This document shows, one piece after another, positions 41,587 through 51,582 of a DNA stretch of 64,000 bases. Numbering within the stretch: the stretch's first letter is position 1; every line of letters starts with the position of its first letter. The notes beneath the pieces were generated by a model. The model did not search any database, had not been told where the DNA came from, and was given only the letters and a program-made list of their open reading frames with translations. The stretch comes from Candidatus Heimdallarchaeota archaeon (GTDB taxonomy: Archaea > Asgardarchaeota > Heimdallarchaeia > Hodarchaeales > Hodarchaeaceae): NCBI GenBank assembly GCA_011364965.1, contig RDOB01000002.1:288001-352000 (forward strand), written 5' to 3'. The position numbers and the translations under genes were made by a program.

Positions 41587-42258
41587 ATGGTGATTTTTAT
41601 GGCAAATTTGGCTATTACTGCACTAGTTTTTGATGCTGGGGATATTCTGGTTCACAGTAAAGGGGATATAGAACTTGAATCATGGAGAGAAATATCAGGT
41701 TATTTCAAAATCTGGGGGATTCCATTAGAGGATTATACTAAATATTTTTTACAATTTAATACCAGATTGAGAGAATTTGGATTAAAACAAAACTCCAAGA
41801 AAATAGTAATATCCCTCCAAAGCTCTAATCGAAAGGATTTGTGTTTACCAGTAAAATTATTAGAGCAATATGAAGCAGAAAAATGGTGGATGAACCCTGC
41901 TCCAGGATTGAAACAATTCATCGAGGAACTCAAAACTTTTAAATTTAAAATTGGTATTTTAACGGACAGTGTATTACCAGTAGTTAAAATTAGAGAAGTT
42001 TTACATGATATATCCCCAATGGTGGATTCAGTTGTTTCCTCTCGTGAATTCGGGAAACAGAAACCAGATATAGGAATATACAACCATATACTTTCGAGAT
42101 TGAAGGTAACAAATTCTAGTCTTGCATTATTTATCGGTCACGATTATGAGGAATTGGAAGGAGCTAAGAGAGTGGGAATGAGAATTTTAAGCATTAAAGA
42201 GTCGATAGACCTTTCGCTTCTCTATTCGAAAATTCTAGAAAATATTCAAATTACATGA
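41587..42258 (+). CDS. HAD-superfamily hydrolase
   Basis: FDAGDIL, KPD, FIGHD. Confidence 0.8.
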   Translation: MVIFMANLAITALVFDAGDILVHSKGDIELESWREISGYFKIWGIPLEDYTKYFLQFNTRLREFGLKQNSKKIVISLQSSNRKDLCLPVKLLEQYEAEKWWMNPAPGLKQFIEELKTFKFKIGILTDSVLPVVKIREVLHDISPMVDSVVSSREFGKQKPDIGIYNHILSRLKVTNSSLALFIGHDYEELEGAKRVGMRILSIKESIDLSLLYSKILENIQIT

Positions 42259-42277
42259 TTTTTTTGGATGTAAAAAT

Positions 42278-43462
42278 ATGTCACTAAATACTCCGATATA
42301 CGCAATATTGCACGCTTATCAACCTGCTAATCAAAATTTGAAAATTTTGGATCGTATTGTAAATTTATGTTATTTACCTATTGCAAAATTATTAGAACAG
42401 AACGCAGACTTCAGAATTACCCTCAATTTCAACGCTAGTCTATCTGAACTACTTGAATTTGAATACCCGCAGGTAATTGAAAAATATATAGAATTAGCGA
42501 GACATAAACAAATAGAATTTCTAGATTCTGGAGCATACCATCCAATATTACCGCTTTTATCTCCGAAAGAAGTTGAACTGCAGATAAAACTGAACAACGA
42601 GATTAATTCCCGGATTTTCGGACCAATTTGGAACCCAATCGGGTTTTGGCCCCCAGAATTAGCAGTTTCAACTGAAACTGCAGCTTTAGTCGAGCAGATT
42701 GGATACAAATACATGATTATACCTGAAATTTCAATTTCTACTTCCAATCCACCCAACCCACTCTATGATACTCTACTGGTTCATTCTTCTGCCCCCAATC
42801 TTGCTTTAATTAACAGAAATCGCGAAGTTTCAAATAATATCTCATTTAAAGGATATTCCACTATTAGAGATTTCACTTCTCGTGTTCAATTTTTTCAGAA
42901 ACAGCAACCTAAAGGAAATTTAATAATTGCTTCAGATTTAGAAACCTTTGGAGAACATCATTTAGAATATTATAAATTTCTAATTGAAATTTTATCGATA
43001 TGCGAGCCTCATATGTGCTCTGAACTCTTAAACCTGCCAGTTAAAAATATAAAGAATTTCAGAAGTAGTAGCTGGTCTACTTCAGAAGAAGACCTTTATC
43101 GTAATATTCCATTTCCTTTATGGGCATATCCAGGTAATTCTATACATCAGCTTCTAAATTTCCATTCTGACCTCCTTTCAGAAAGTTTAAGATATCTCCT
43201 CGAAAAAAAAGATGAAACAGATTACGATGTTAAGATTGCTCTTAAGGCTGCAGCTAAAGCTCAATATTCATGTCAACAATGGTGGGCGTCCATAAAAGAT
43301 CATTTCAGTAAGAACTTAATTATAAAAGGTATTCAAGAGCAAAGAAAGGCTTTAGAACTAATTCTAAACGCTTTAGGAAATGAAGGTAACTATTCTCTCA
43401 TCATAGGAGTATCTGATCGAACTTTGCATCGATTGGAAGGTTACCTTTCGCGTATTCGATAG
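42278..43462 (+). CDS. Glycoside hydrolase family 57
   Basis: HAYQP, YHPILPL, FWPPE, DLETFGEH. Confidence 0.88.
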   Translation: MSLNTPIYAILHAYQPANQNLKILDRIVNLCYLPIAKLLEQNADFRITLNFNASLSELLEFEYPQVIEKYIELARHKQIEFLDSGAYHPILPLLSPKEVELQIKLNNEINSRIFGPIWNPIGFWPPELAVSTETAALVEQIGYKYMIIPEISISTSNPPNPLYDTLLVHSSAPNLALINRNREVSNNISFKGYSTIRDFTSRVQFFQKQQPKGNLIIASDLETFGEHHLEYYKFLIEILSICEPHMCSELLNLPVKNIKNFRSSSWSTSEEDLYRNIPFPLWAYPGNSIHQLLNFHSDLLSESLRYLLEKKDETDYDVKIALKAAAKAQYSCQQWWASIKDHFSKNLIIKGIQEQRKALELILNALGNEGNYSLIIGVSDRTLHRLEGYLSRIR

Positions 43463-43484
43463 ATAAAGGGATTATTGATAAAGA

Positions 43485-44825
43485 TTGAAAGCTCAACAAA
43501 TTTTAAAAGATCTTATTGCTTTTGAATCGGTTAATAATCCGCAGAATGGTTGCTATCCAAGTTCTGACATTTTGGACTATATTATTGATCTTCTCACCTC
43601 GTGGAATAGCGATATTGAAGTTAAAAAATTTTCTAGCAATAAATATTCCTCAATTTATGCATTTAACCCGTTGAGAAAAGCGAGTAAAGTGCTTTTTATG
43701 GGTCATTTAGATGTTGTTCCTGTTTCAAATGGGTGGAACACAAATCCTTTTATTTTACATATTGATTCAGATCGCGCGTATGGTAGAGGGACAAAAGATT
43801 GTAAAGGATCTGTACTTTCCTCACTATTGGCATATAAATCACTTTGCGAAGAAAATAATACAAATATTAGTTCCTTGGGCTTTTTTCTTTCAACTGATGA
43901 AGAAACAGGAGGAACGCATGGAGCTAAGGAGTTCTTCAACTATGCCAAAAAGAATAAAATCTTGCCTACTTATATATTGAACGTCGATGGAGGAGCTCAG
44001 GTTGTATATAAACGCAGAGCAGGGTTTGGAGTTAAAATAACTATCCCTCCTAATCTAAAAAGGATTTCTGGGAATAAAGAAACAATTATATGTAGCACAA
44101 ATATACTTGGAGATAATAATCGGCATAGCGCTTATTTTGTACGTGGGGCTGATAGGCATGCTGTGATATCCCTTTCTAAATTACTTCATGTTAATCCAGA
44201 CTGGCAAGTATCTCGAATCGATGGGTCATGGGTAAAGGGGAATGTGATACCAGATGATGCAGAGATTGATATTGTTAAACCCTCGAAGGAACTAAATTCA
44301 CAAGATTTCACTATCGATAATAATCTCACACAATTTCTTAGAATGCTCAAGTCCATAATATTGATTGAGCTCGATACTGATATAGTAAGTGACTTTGGGA
44401 TAACAGTTAATCCTAATATTTTGGAGTATGATGAATCAGTGGGATTGAAAGTCCATTTCGACGTTCGAGCATTTCTTTCATCGAGTTCTGTCTCCTCACT
44501 TATACAAGCTTTTGAGAAAAGATTAGGCACATTAACAGAAAAGTCACGAATTGAATGTTCAGGATCTTCAGGATACTTTCATACTCCAAAAGATAATATT
44601 CTTGTTAAAACAGCAAGTTCAGTTTTAAAGGAACATAATTTGCCATATTTGCCATGTGAACAGGAGGGAGCTTCTGATGCTCGGTATGCAAGTGAATTAG
44701 GAATTCCAGTCGTCGATATTGGACCCAAAGGAGGACATGTACATGGTAATGACGAATTTATAGATTTAAAATCAATGATTGAGTTTGGCGTTATATACAA
44801 GGAGATTATTGATAAGCTTGTCTAA
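43485..44825 (+). CDS. M20 family metallopeptidase/deacylase (ArgE/DapE-like)
   Basis: GHLDVVP, GRGTKDCKG, DEETGG, HGNDE. Confidence 0.88.
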   Translation: MKAQQILKDLIAFESVNNPQNGCYPSSDILDYIIDLLTSWNSDIEVKKFSSNKYSSIYAFNPLRKASKVLFMGHLDVVPVSNGWNTNPFILHIDSDRAYGRGTKDCKGSVLSSLLAYKSLCEENNTNISSLGFFLSTDEETGGTHGAKEFFNYAKKNKILPTYILNVDGGAQVVYKRRAGFGVKITIPPNLKRISGNKETIICSTNILGDNNRHSAYFVRGADRHAVISLSKLLHVNPDWQVSRIDGSWVKGNVIPDDAEIDIVKPSKELNSQDFTIDNNLTQFLRMLKSIILIELDTDIVSDFGITVNPNILEYDESVGLKVHFDVRAFLSSSSVSSLIQAFEKRLGTLTEKSRIECSGSSGYFHTPKDNILVKTASSVLKEHNLPYLPCEQEGASDARYASELGIPVVDIGPKGGHVHGNDEFIDLKSMIEFGVIYKEIIDKLV

Positions 44826-44935
44826 AACTTGGCTTATATTGGAAATTAAGCTACACTACATAAGATTTTAATATAGTAGGATTATTAAAAAATAATAGGA
44901 TCCCCCTTTCAAGTTAAATTCGGTAAATTAGATTT

Positions 44936-45736
44936 GTGCGGACAAGTACGATGACTCTCGCAATCAATAGCATCTATAATATAGATTGTCGCGAAGGATT
45001 AAAGCAGATTGATAAAGAAAGTGTAGACCTACTTTTAACTGATCCACCGTTCGGAATTTCATTTGATAGAATGGGAACGCAGTATAATAGGAAACAGAAA
45101 AATCTAGGGGACTTATATACAGAGATTCCTCAAGAAGAATATTTTATTTTTACACTCTCTTGGTTAAGAGGAGTATGGGATGTTTTAAAACCTACTGGGA
45201 GCGGCTTTATCTTTTCTGGATGGAATAACCTTGGAGATATATTAAATGCGATTTCGGAAGTTGGATTTCGTCTTGTCAATCATATTATTTGGAAATATCA
45301 ATTTGGAGTCTATACTAAAAAAAAATACGTTACTTCTCATTATCACATTTTATATTTTACTAAACTTCCTTTAAATAAAGACCATTTAAGAACTTTTAAT
45401 CGGATTTCGGATTATTCTGTTTCCCTTGGTAAGCTTTACTTTGAGGATGTCTGGTTTATCAATCGTGACTACCAGAAGGGTGGAGAGAAAACTCCCACGC
45501 GCCTTCCTTTAGCTTTGACTGATAAATGCATAAGGATGGGTAGTGAGGAAGGAGATCTCGTTCTAGAGCCTTTCCTTGGTAGTGGAGCTGTTATACAGTC
45601 CTGTATGACATTTAATCGTCGATATATAGGGTTTGAAATAAGTCCAGAGATATTTCAGATCGCTAGAAATAGAATTGAAAAAACTAGAAATCACATCCAA
45701 AATAGAAATGGAACTTTGGAGAACTGGTTAAAATAA
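44936..45736 (+). CDS. Orphan site-specific DNA methyltransferase (N6A/N4C, beta class)
   Basis: TDPPF catalytic motif precedes EPFLGSG SAM motif; no adjacent endonuclease. Confidence 0.9.
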   Translation: MRTSTMTLAINSIYNIDCREGLKQIDKESVDLLLTDPPFGISFDRMGTQYNRKQKNLGDLYTEIPQEEYFIFTLSWLRGVWDVLKPTGSGFIFSGWNNLGDILNAISEVGFRLVNHIIWKYQFGVYTKKKYVTSHYHILYFTKLPLNKDHLRTFNRISDYSVSLGKLYFEDVWFINRDYQKGGEKTPTRLPLALTDKCIRMGSEEGDLVLEPFLGSGAVIQSCMTFNRRYIGFEISPEIFQIARNRIEKTRNHIQNRNGTLENWLK

Positions 45737-45872
45737 CAATAAGTTATCTTATTTTTAGTTATCTGGATGAAGCTTAGACGAAAAGAAGATTTTAAATTCG
45801 AAAATATAGGCGTAATTACATTCCTTAAATTCGATGTATAAATTATAAATATCTTAGTTGAGATGGTTTTCA

Positions 45873-46871
45873 ATGGTATTGTTAGTAACTGGTGGAACGG
45901 GGCTTGTAGGTAGCTTTTTGGTTGAAATACTGGCAAAAGATGAGAATTATCAAGGTTCGCGTGTAATTGTTCGAAATCAGGAAAGTGAACAATCCATCAG
46001 GAATTATGGTCTCATACCTGTTTATGCTGATTTAAATAATTTAGATACCTTGAAAACAGCGATCAAAGATGTAGATGGAGTATTAAATGTTGCATCATTA
46101 GCATCAGACACAGTTGGTTGGAATGATCTATTTCGAGTAAATGTAGAAGGCATGAAGAATCTTGTTACAGCATGTATGAAAGGTAATAATGATCCTTACA
46201 TGGCTCATGTTAGCAGTACTGGTGTCTATGGGCACTATATTCCAAAATATCCAATTGATGAATCCTATAAATTCAATCCTACAAGTATTTATCAAAAAAG
46301 TAAATATCTGCAAGAACAGGTTATTTGGGAAGCACATCATCAAGAGGGATGGGATAATTTTGGCATATTAAGGTCTCCTTCAGTTGTAGGACCCCGTGAT
46401 ACTAAGACAATGCTTCGCATATTTGAAGCTATTTATCAGAGGAAATTTCCAATATTTCGCAATGGTGTAAGTTATTTAACATTCATTCACCCTTATGACC
46501 TGAGTAAAGCGTTACTTCTTTTATATAAAGAAAAACCTCACGCTGAAGCGTTTAATCTAAAATCCTTTGAGTGTAAGCTAAAAGAATTGATGGATTACGT
46601 AATTATAAAAATAAATCCTCCAAAAGTTCCGAAGAAGATGAATTACCACTTGGTGTACGCGCTAGCAATATTTTCGGAAGCTTATACAAAAATTACAGGT
46701 CACGATACAACTTTGAACCGTTATCGAGTCAGTAAATTTGGACAATCGAGAAGATATATTGATACAAAAATTCGGTCTCTTGGATTTGAGCCTCAAAAGA
46801 CTATGAAGCAGACCATAGACGAAGCATTCGATTGGGCTGTTGAGAATGGATTATTTCCTCCTTCTAACTGA
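45873..46871 (+). CDS. NAD-dependent epimerase/dehydratase (extended SDR, 3-beta-HSD-like)
   Basis: TGGTGLVG, SSTGVYG, YQKSK, VGPRD. Confidence 0.88.
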   Translation: MVLLVTGGTGLVGSFLVEILAKDENYQGSRVIVRNQESEQSIRNYGLIPVYADLNNLDTLKTAIKDVDGVLNVASLASDTVGWNDLFRVNVEGMKNLVTACMKGNNDPYMAHVSSTGVYGHYIPKYPIDESYKFNPTSIYQKSKYLQEQVIWEAHHQEGWDNFGILRSPSVVGPRDTKTMLRIFEAIYQRKFPIFRNGVSYLTFIHPYDLSKALLLLYKEKPHAEAFNLKSFECKLKELMDYVIIKINPPKVPKKMNYHLVYALAIFSEAYTKITGHDTTLNRYRVSKFGQSRRYIDTKIRSLGFEPQKTMKQTIDEAFDWAVENGLFPPSN

Positions 46872-47010
46872 GTTCTTAATATTGAATAATGTTTTGATGA
46901 ACTTATTTTCACATTTTTGCGAGAACTTCGAATTTCAAAACAAAGAAATATGTGAATAAAGAATAATTTTCTCGAACTAGTCTTTGAAATGTTTTGACAA
47001 TCACACTTGA

Positions 47011-47931
47011 ATGGGAAGATTATTGCAGGAAAATGATATTGATCCTTTTGTTAACGCAAAAATTCTTTTGATCGAGGATTCAAAAGATCACCAATTTTTG
47101 TTTATGCAAAAATTGAACAGTATAGGACTAACTAATATCATTGTTTGCGAAACAGGCGAGCAAGCTATTTATGAACTTGAAAATGACCCTGAATATTCAT
47201 TAATTGTCTCTGATTATAATCTTCCTGGAAAATCTGGAATAGATCTCATTAAAGAAATGAGAAATATGAAATTGGAAATTCCAATTATAATGATTACTGG
47301 ACTAGGATCCGAAAAAGTTGCTGTAGAGGCAATGAAGCTTGGTATCCAAGATTATATAACAAAAGAAGATTTTATAGCTTCTGATTCAGAAACCATAAAA
47401 GAAATTATTTTTAAAATTATGTTAGAATATCATACGAAACAGGAGCTTTTGCTTACTCGTCGTTTAAGAGCAAATCCTGATCGTATTTCAGTTTTTGTCT
47501 ACAGATTTGGTGAACGAGGCCCTGAGGTTTTTTTGCGAACTAAACTACCCTTTAATAAACTTTCAAGTTTAGAAGAAGAGAATTTTCTAATCAAGCTTGG
47601 AATTCATTATATGGCCGCTACAGGTTCAGGACATGAATATGCTACAGGATTGTACGAACTTCCAGTACCAGCTCACCCAAAATATCATGCTTTGGTCTAT
47701 GCTTTTCAAATGAAAGACTCTAATCCCAAGAGTTATCATTTAGAAAGCAAAGAGATGAATTATGGAATAATTGTGATTCTCTTTCCTGTTTTATTCCGTT
47801 CTATACTTCCACTTAGATCAATCATCGAAAATAAACTTGATAAATTAATGTATGAATATTCAGATATGCAGGAATTAGACTCTGAGTTGATTAGCAGAGT
47901 TAAATCAATTTTTATTCGTGTAGAAACTTAA
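47011..47931 (+). CDS. Response regulator (REC) with uncharacterised C-terminal domain
   Basis: IEDS, SDYNLPG.SG, MITG, DYITK. Confidence 0.88.
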   Translation: MGRLLQENDIDPFVNAKILLIEDSKDHQFLFMQKLNSIGLTNIIVCETGEQAIYELENDPEYSLIVSDYNLPGKSGIDLIKEMRNMKLEIPIIMITGLGSEKVAVEAMKLGIQDYITKEDFIASDSETIKEIIFKIMLEYHTKQELLLTRRLRANPDRISVFVYRFGERGPEVFLRTKLPFNKLSSLEEENFLIKLGIHYMAATGSGHEYATGLYELPVPAHPKYHALVYAFQMKDSNPKSYHLESKEMNYGIIVILFPVLFRSILPLRSIIENKLDKLMYEYSDMQELDSELISRVKSIFIRVET

Positions 47932-47954
47932 GGTTATATGATAGGGGAAACATA

Positions 47955-48641
47955 TCAAAGCTTTTCAATAATCTTCAGTAAATCTTTGCCAACAGCTGGA
48001 ATTATTGCCAATGGTTCATAATTTACTTTTTCTGTTGGTAAATCAAAAACCCCAGTTCTTACTAGAATGAATTGCTTAATATTTGCATTCTTTGCTGTCA
48101 ATAAATCAACCAAAGTATCGCCAATATAAACAACTTCCTTGATTTTCACATTTAAACGAGATATCGCTATATATAGAGGGATAGGAGATGGTTTCTTTAT
48201 TCCCAAACTTTTTGAATCAATAATTTCGTCGAAAAAGTGCAAAAAAGGCTCGAATCGTTTTTTTAATAAGCTTGGAGATCCATTTGTGACAATTCCTAAT
48301 AAAATTCCAGTTTTCTTGAGTTTTTTTAAAGTCGTTTCAACTTCAGGAAATGGATGTCTAACTGAATCCCACTTATAAAATTGAATCGTAATCTGAAGTA
48401 TTCCGATTAGAAAAGGAATCCAATTTAATTGAAAATCCGCTCGGACCCCACGAAAAAAATCCATATGAAACCAAGAGTATTTCTCCTTCAAATTATACAA
48501 ATACCCTAACCTTCGAAGATAAGCTCGAATTCTGAGAGGTGTGGGGTTTTTTAAAAATTTTTGAGCAATTAATTGCGGAAAAATTCTCAAAGAATTAACT
48601 AAAGTTCCATCTAAATCGAAAATTACAGCTTTCACTACCAT
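47955..48641 (-). CDS. HAD phosphatase (phosphoglycolate phosphatase-like)
   Basis: FDLDGTL, VTNG, KPSP, IGDT..D. Confidence 0.87.
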   Translation of the reverse strand: MVVKAVIFDLDGTLVNSLRIFPQLIAQKFLKNPTPLRIRAYLRRLGYLYNLKEKYSWFHMDFFRGVRADFQLNWIPFLIGILQITIQFYKWDSVRHPFPEVETTLKKLKKTGILLGIVTNGSPSLLKKRFEPFLHFFDEIIDSKSLGIKKPSPIPLYIAISRLNVKIKEVVYIGDTLVDLLTAKNANIKQFILVRTGVFDLPTEKVNYEPLAIIPAVGKDLLKIIEKL

Positions 48642-48762
48642 TTTTTCAGCTTCTAATTAATCAGTTTTATTAAATTCCTGTTAAAAAAATCGCAACAAAG
48701 TAAAAACATAATTTTAACACAACACGCTATAGACATTAAGAAGCTTCTATTAGTTCTTCACG

Positions 48763-49704
48763 GTGATTCGAATCGTAATTCTAGGTCTGAATAAAAAACC
48801 ATACATACTTTCTCCCCTTGCTTCGATTACTATTCCTCCATTTCGCGGATTATGTGCAGAATTAGGTGCAGATGTTACTGTTTCCGAAATGACTTTTGCT
48901 CGGAGTATTTTATGTCAAAATCCTAGATCACTCAAAAGGATACAAAAGCACCCATCTGAAAAGCTCTTTGGAATTCAGCTGCTTACTAATAGTTCGGAAG
49001 ATTTAAAAGGAGCTATAGAGCGAATTGAGAGAAATAAGCTCAGTGATTTCATAGAACTTAATCTAGGATGCCCAAAAGCAAGAATAATAAATTCAAATTT
49101 AGGATCCAGTCTTCTCAAGAATAAGAATAAAAAGATACTGATAAATTTGCTTCAAATTGGGGGAAGCACTTGCTCAATTCCCTTTGCTTTAAAAATACGA
49201 GCTGGTTATTCAAAAAAAGTTTACAAATCAGTATTAAGGCTTGCAGAAAAATACAATATTGCTTTCATTACTTTTCATGCTCGCTTGGGGGTAGATACTT
49301 ATAAAATTCCTGCAAATCCGAAATTTTGGGCCGAAACCAAAAACATTAGTTCAATCCCAATCATAGCAAACGGTGATGTATATCATCGTCATCAAGCAGA
49401 AGAAATTCTCGGGAAGCTAAATTTAGATGGAGTTGCAATTGGTAGAGGAGCTCGAGGAAACCCACAAATTTTTAGCTCAACCCCCCAATTAGATACTTTG
49501 GAGATTTATGAGAGATTCATTGAATATTTACAAACCAGTGATTACTTTACACTCTTCAATTTAAAATTGCATTCTGCTGATATTCTTAAAAATTACCGAT
49601 TTTCCGCTCAAGCACGCAAAAAACTTATGAATCTAAATGACATGGAAGAAATTATAAAATATACCAAGAATCAATTGATTTCAAAGTCTTATTCAGAAGA
49701 ATAG
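48763..49704 (+). CDS. tRNA-dihydrouridine synthase family protein
   Basis: VSEM, NLGCP, KIRAG, HAR, NGDV, IGRGARGNP. Confidence 0.85.
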   Translation: MIRIVILGLNKKPYILSPLASITIPPFRGLCAELGADVTVSEMTFARSILCQNPRSLKRIQKHPSEKLFGIQLLTNSSEDLKGAIERIERNKLSDFIELNLGCPKARIINSNLGSSLLKNKNKKILINLLQIGGSTCSIPFALKIRAGYSKKVYKSVLRLAEKYNIAFITFHARLGVDTYKIPANPKFWAETKNISSIPIIANGDVYHRHQAEEILGKLNLDGVAIGRGARGNPQIFSSTPQLDTLEIYERFIEYLQTSDYFTLFNLKLHSADILKNYRFSAQARKKLMNLNDMEEIIKYTKNQLISKSYSEE

Positions 49705-49762
49705 GGTGTTTATAGCATTTCCACATGTTAAAGTCGATTAAAAAATTAGGAGCCAAATCTGA

Positions 49763-50944
49763 ATGCCAATCAATCTGAATCCCGAGGCTGCTGCTGAATG
49801 GGACAAATATCTAGAAGCAAATACGATTGAAGAGCAAATTATGCATTTAGAAAGGTTTTTAGGAGTTGTAGTAAAACATAAGGGAGTAGAGAACCATCTA
49901 CGTATGGCTAAGGGGAAATTAAAGAAATTAAAAGCCCAGCGAGCCAAATTAAAATTGCAGCAAGCAAAAACACGTTCAGGAGAGAGGTGGCTGGTACCTA
50001 AGGGAGAGGATGCTCAAATAGTTATAATAGGAACTGTTAATTCTGGTAGATCATCGATTCTTAATGCTTTATCTAAATCAGAAGCAGCTAAAATTGGAAC
50101 ATATCCTTTCACCACCGTGAGACCAGAAGTGGGTTCTATAACAGCTGCTGGGGCTCGCTTACAATTAGTGGAACTCCCAGCAATTGTTGATGGTAGTGCA
50201 CAGGGGGAGATGTCAGGTAAACTTGTATTAGCAGGAATAAGAAATGGAGACTGTGTGGTTATTGTTTTAGACTTATCAAAGGATCCTGTGGATCAATTAA
50301 AGCTGATTTTAAAGGAATTAAAAACAGGAAAGATAAGGCTAAACACCAAAAAACCTAATGTGACAATAGAAAAGGTTGGATCAGGTAGCATTCAAGTATT
50401 TAATTCTCATTTCTTTCAAGGTGAAGGTAAAGAAGCAATAATTGACATTCTGAGGGCAAAAGGATATACTAATGTTATAGTGAGATTCTATGATTCTACA
50501 TCTGTAGATCAATTTCTGGATGCTTTGGATTCTACTATTACCTACTTACCTGCAATTATCGTTGCGTCAAAAGGAGATTCAGAGGGGTCGAAAATGAATT
50601 ATGAAGAGCTTAAAAAATTCTTGGAAGACTCAAATCTTCAGATGCAGGTTCTTCCAACAAGCGCAGCGAGAAAAGAAGGAATTGATGGGTTAGAGGAAGT
50701 AATTTTTAGTCAGTTAGGAAAGATTAGAATATATACACGAAATGCAAATGGAGAGGTGGCCGAACGTCCCATTCTCCTGGATCAAGGAGCCATAGTAGAG
50801 GAAGCGATAGAAATCTTAAGCAAAAAAATGCTTAAATTCTTCCGATTTGCTCGAATATGGGGAAAATCAGCGAAATTTGATGGAGAAAAAGTTGGGTTAG
50901 AGCGTGAGCTTCTTGATGGCGATGTTATTCAGGTTTTTGCTTGA
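49763..50944 (+). CDS. DRG/OBG-family GTP-binding protein with TGS domain (degenerate G motifs)
   Basis: YPFTT switch I, DRG-like N-terminal helical region, ARIWGKSAKFDGEKVG...DGDVI TGS. Confidence 0.87.
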   Translation: MPINLNPEAAAEWDKYLEANTIEEQIMHLERFLGVVVKHKGVENHLRMAKGKLKKLKAQRAKLKLQQAKTRSGERWLVPKGEDAQIVIIGTVNSGRSSILNALSKSEAAKIGTYPFTTVRPEVGSITAAGARLQLVELPAIVDGSAQGEMSGKLVLAGIRNGDCVVIVLDLSKDPVDQLKLILKELKTGKIRLNTKKPNVTIEKVGSGSIQVFNSHFFQGEGKEAIIDILRAKGYTNVIVRFYDSTSVDQFLDALDSTITYLPAIIVASKGDSEGSKMNYEELKKFLEDSNLQMQVLPTSAARKEGIDGLEEVIFSQLGKIRIYTRNANGEVAERPILLDQGAIVEEAIEILSKKMLKFFRFARIWGKSAKFDGEKVGLERELLDGDVIQVFA

Positions 50945-50951
50945 TAAGCTT

Positions 50952-51521
50952 CTAGCCCTGTCCTTCTTTTTTAAATCTTTCTTGCAAACGTTCAATAAAT
51001 GAATAATATTCTTCTTCAATGATGTCAAAGTAAATTAAAAGTGGTTCTAAGACCTGTGAGATGTTTTTTCCTTTTTTACTGCTTTTAATGCCTTCTGGTA
51101 ATGAATCGTATTCTCCTTTAAGTCTTTTCAAGGCTTCATGCATTTCGGATATCATTTCAGCATTTTCTGTATAATTTTTATCCAAAATACTGATAAACGA
51201 ATATACGGAGTCTTTTTTTTCTGAATATTCATATTTATCCTTACTTGTGCCCTTTTTGGGAGTTCGAACAAGAGTTCGCTTAATTACGCCCCAATCCTCA
51301 AGTGTTTTTAGATTACGACTAATCGTGGAAACTGTTACGTTTAATTTTTCAGCTAGATCTCCTTGCTTAAATATTGTATCATGTCCAAAAATAAAAACTG
51401 TAAATAATCTTCCAAGCATCGGATTCTCATTAAACTCATGCATTAAATCCTCAAGTAAGTTACTAGCCCGTTCTTGAAGTCTATCAAGCTCTTTTGAGTC
51501 TTCCTGTATACCTGAGCTCAT
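50952..51521 (-). CDS. GbsR/MarR-family transcriptional regulator
   Basis: LGRLF...DLAEKLNVTVSTISRNLKTLEDWGVI. Confidence 0.8.
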   Translation of the reverse strand: MSSGIQEDSKELDRLQERASNLLEDLMHEFNENPMLGRLFTVFIFGHDTIFKQGDLAEKLNVTVSTISRNLKTLEDWGVIKRTLVRTPKKGTSKDKYEYSEKKDSVYSFISILDKNYTENAEMISEMHEALKRLKGEYDSLPEGIKSSKKGKNISQVLEPLLIYFDIIEEEYYSFIERLQERFKKEGQG

Positions 51522-51582
51522 GGTTTTTATTCTCCAGTAAGTTATTACATAAAACTTCTATATAAATAAAATTCTTATAAAT

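Noticed and set aside
44936-45736. Restriction-modification or defence island
   Set aside because: No endonuclease, specificity subunit or mobile-element signature next to the methyltransferase
46885-47000. Repeated AATGTTTTGA boxes upstream of the response regulator
   Set aside because: Short and AT-rich; cannot be distinguished from chance without comparative data
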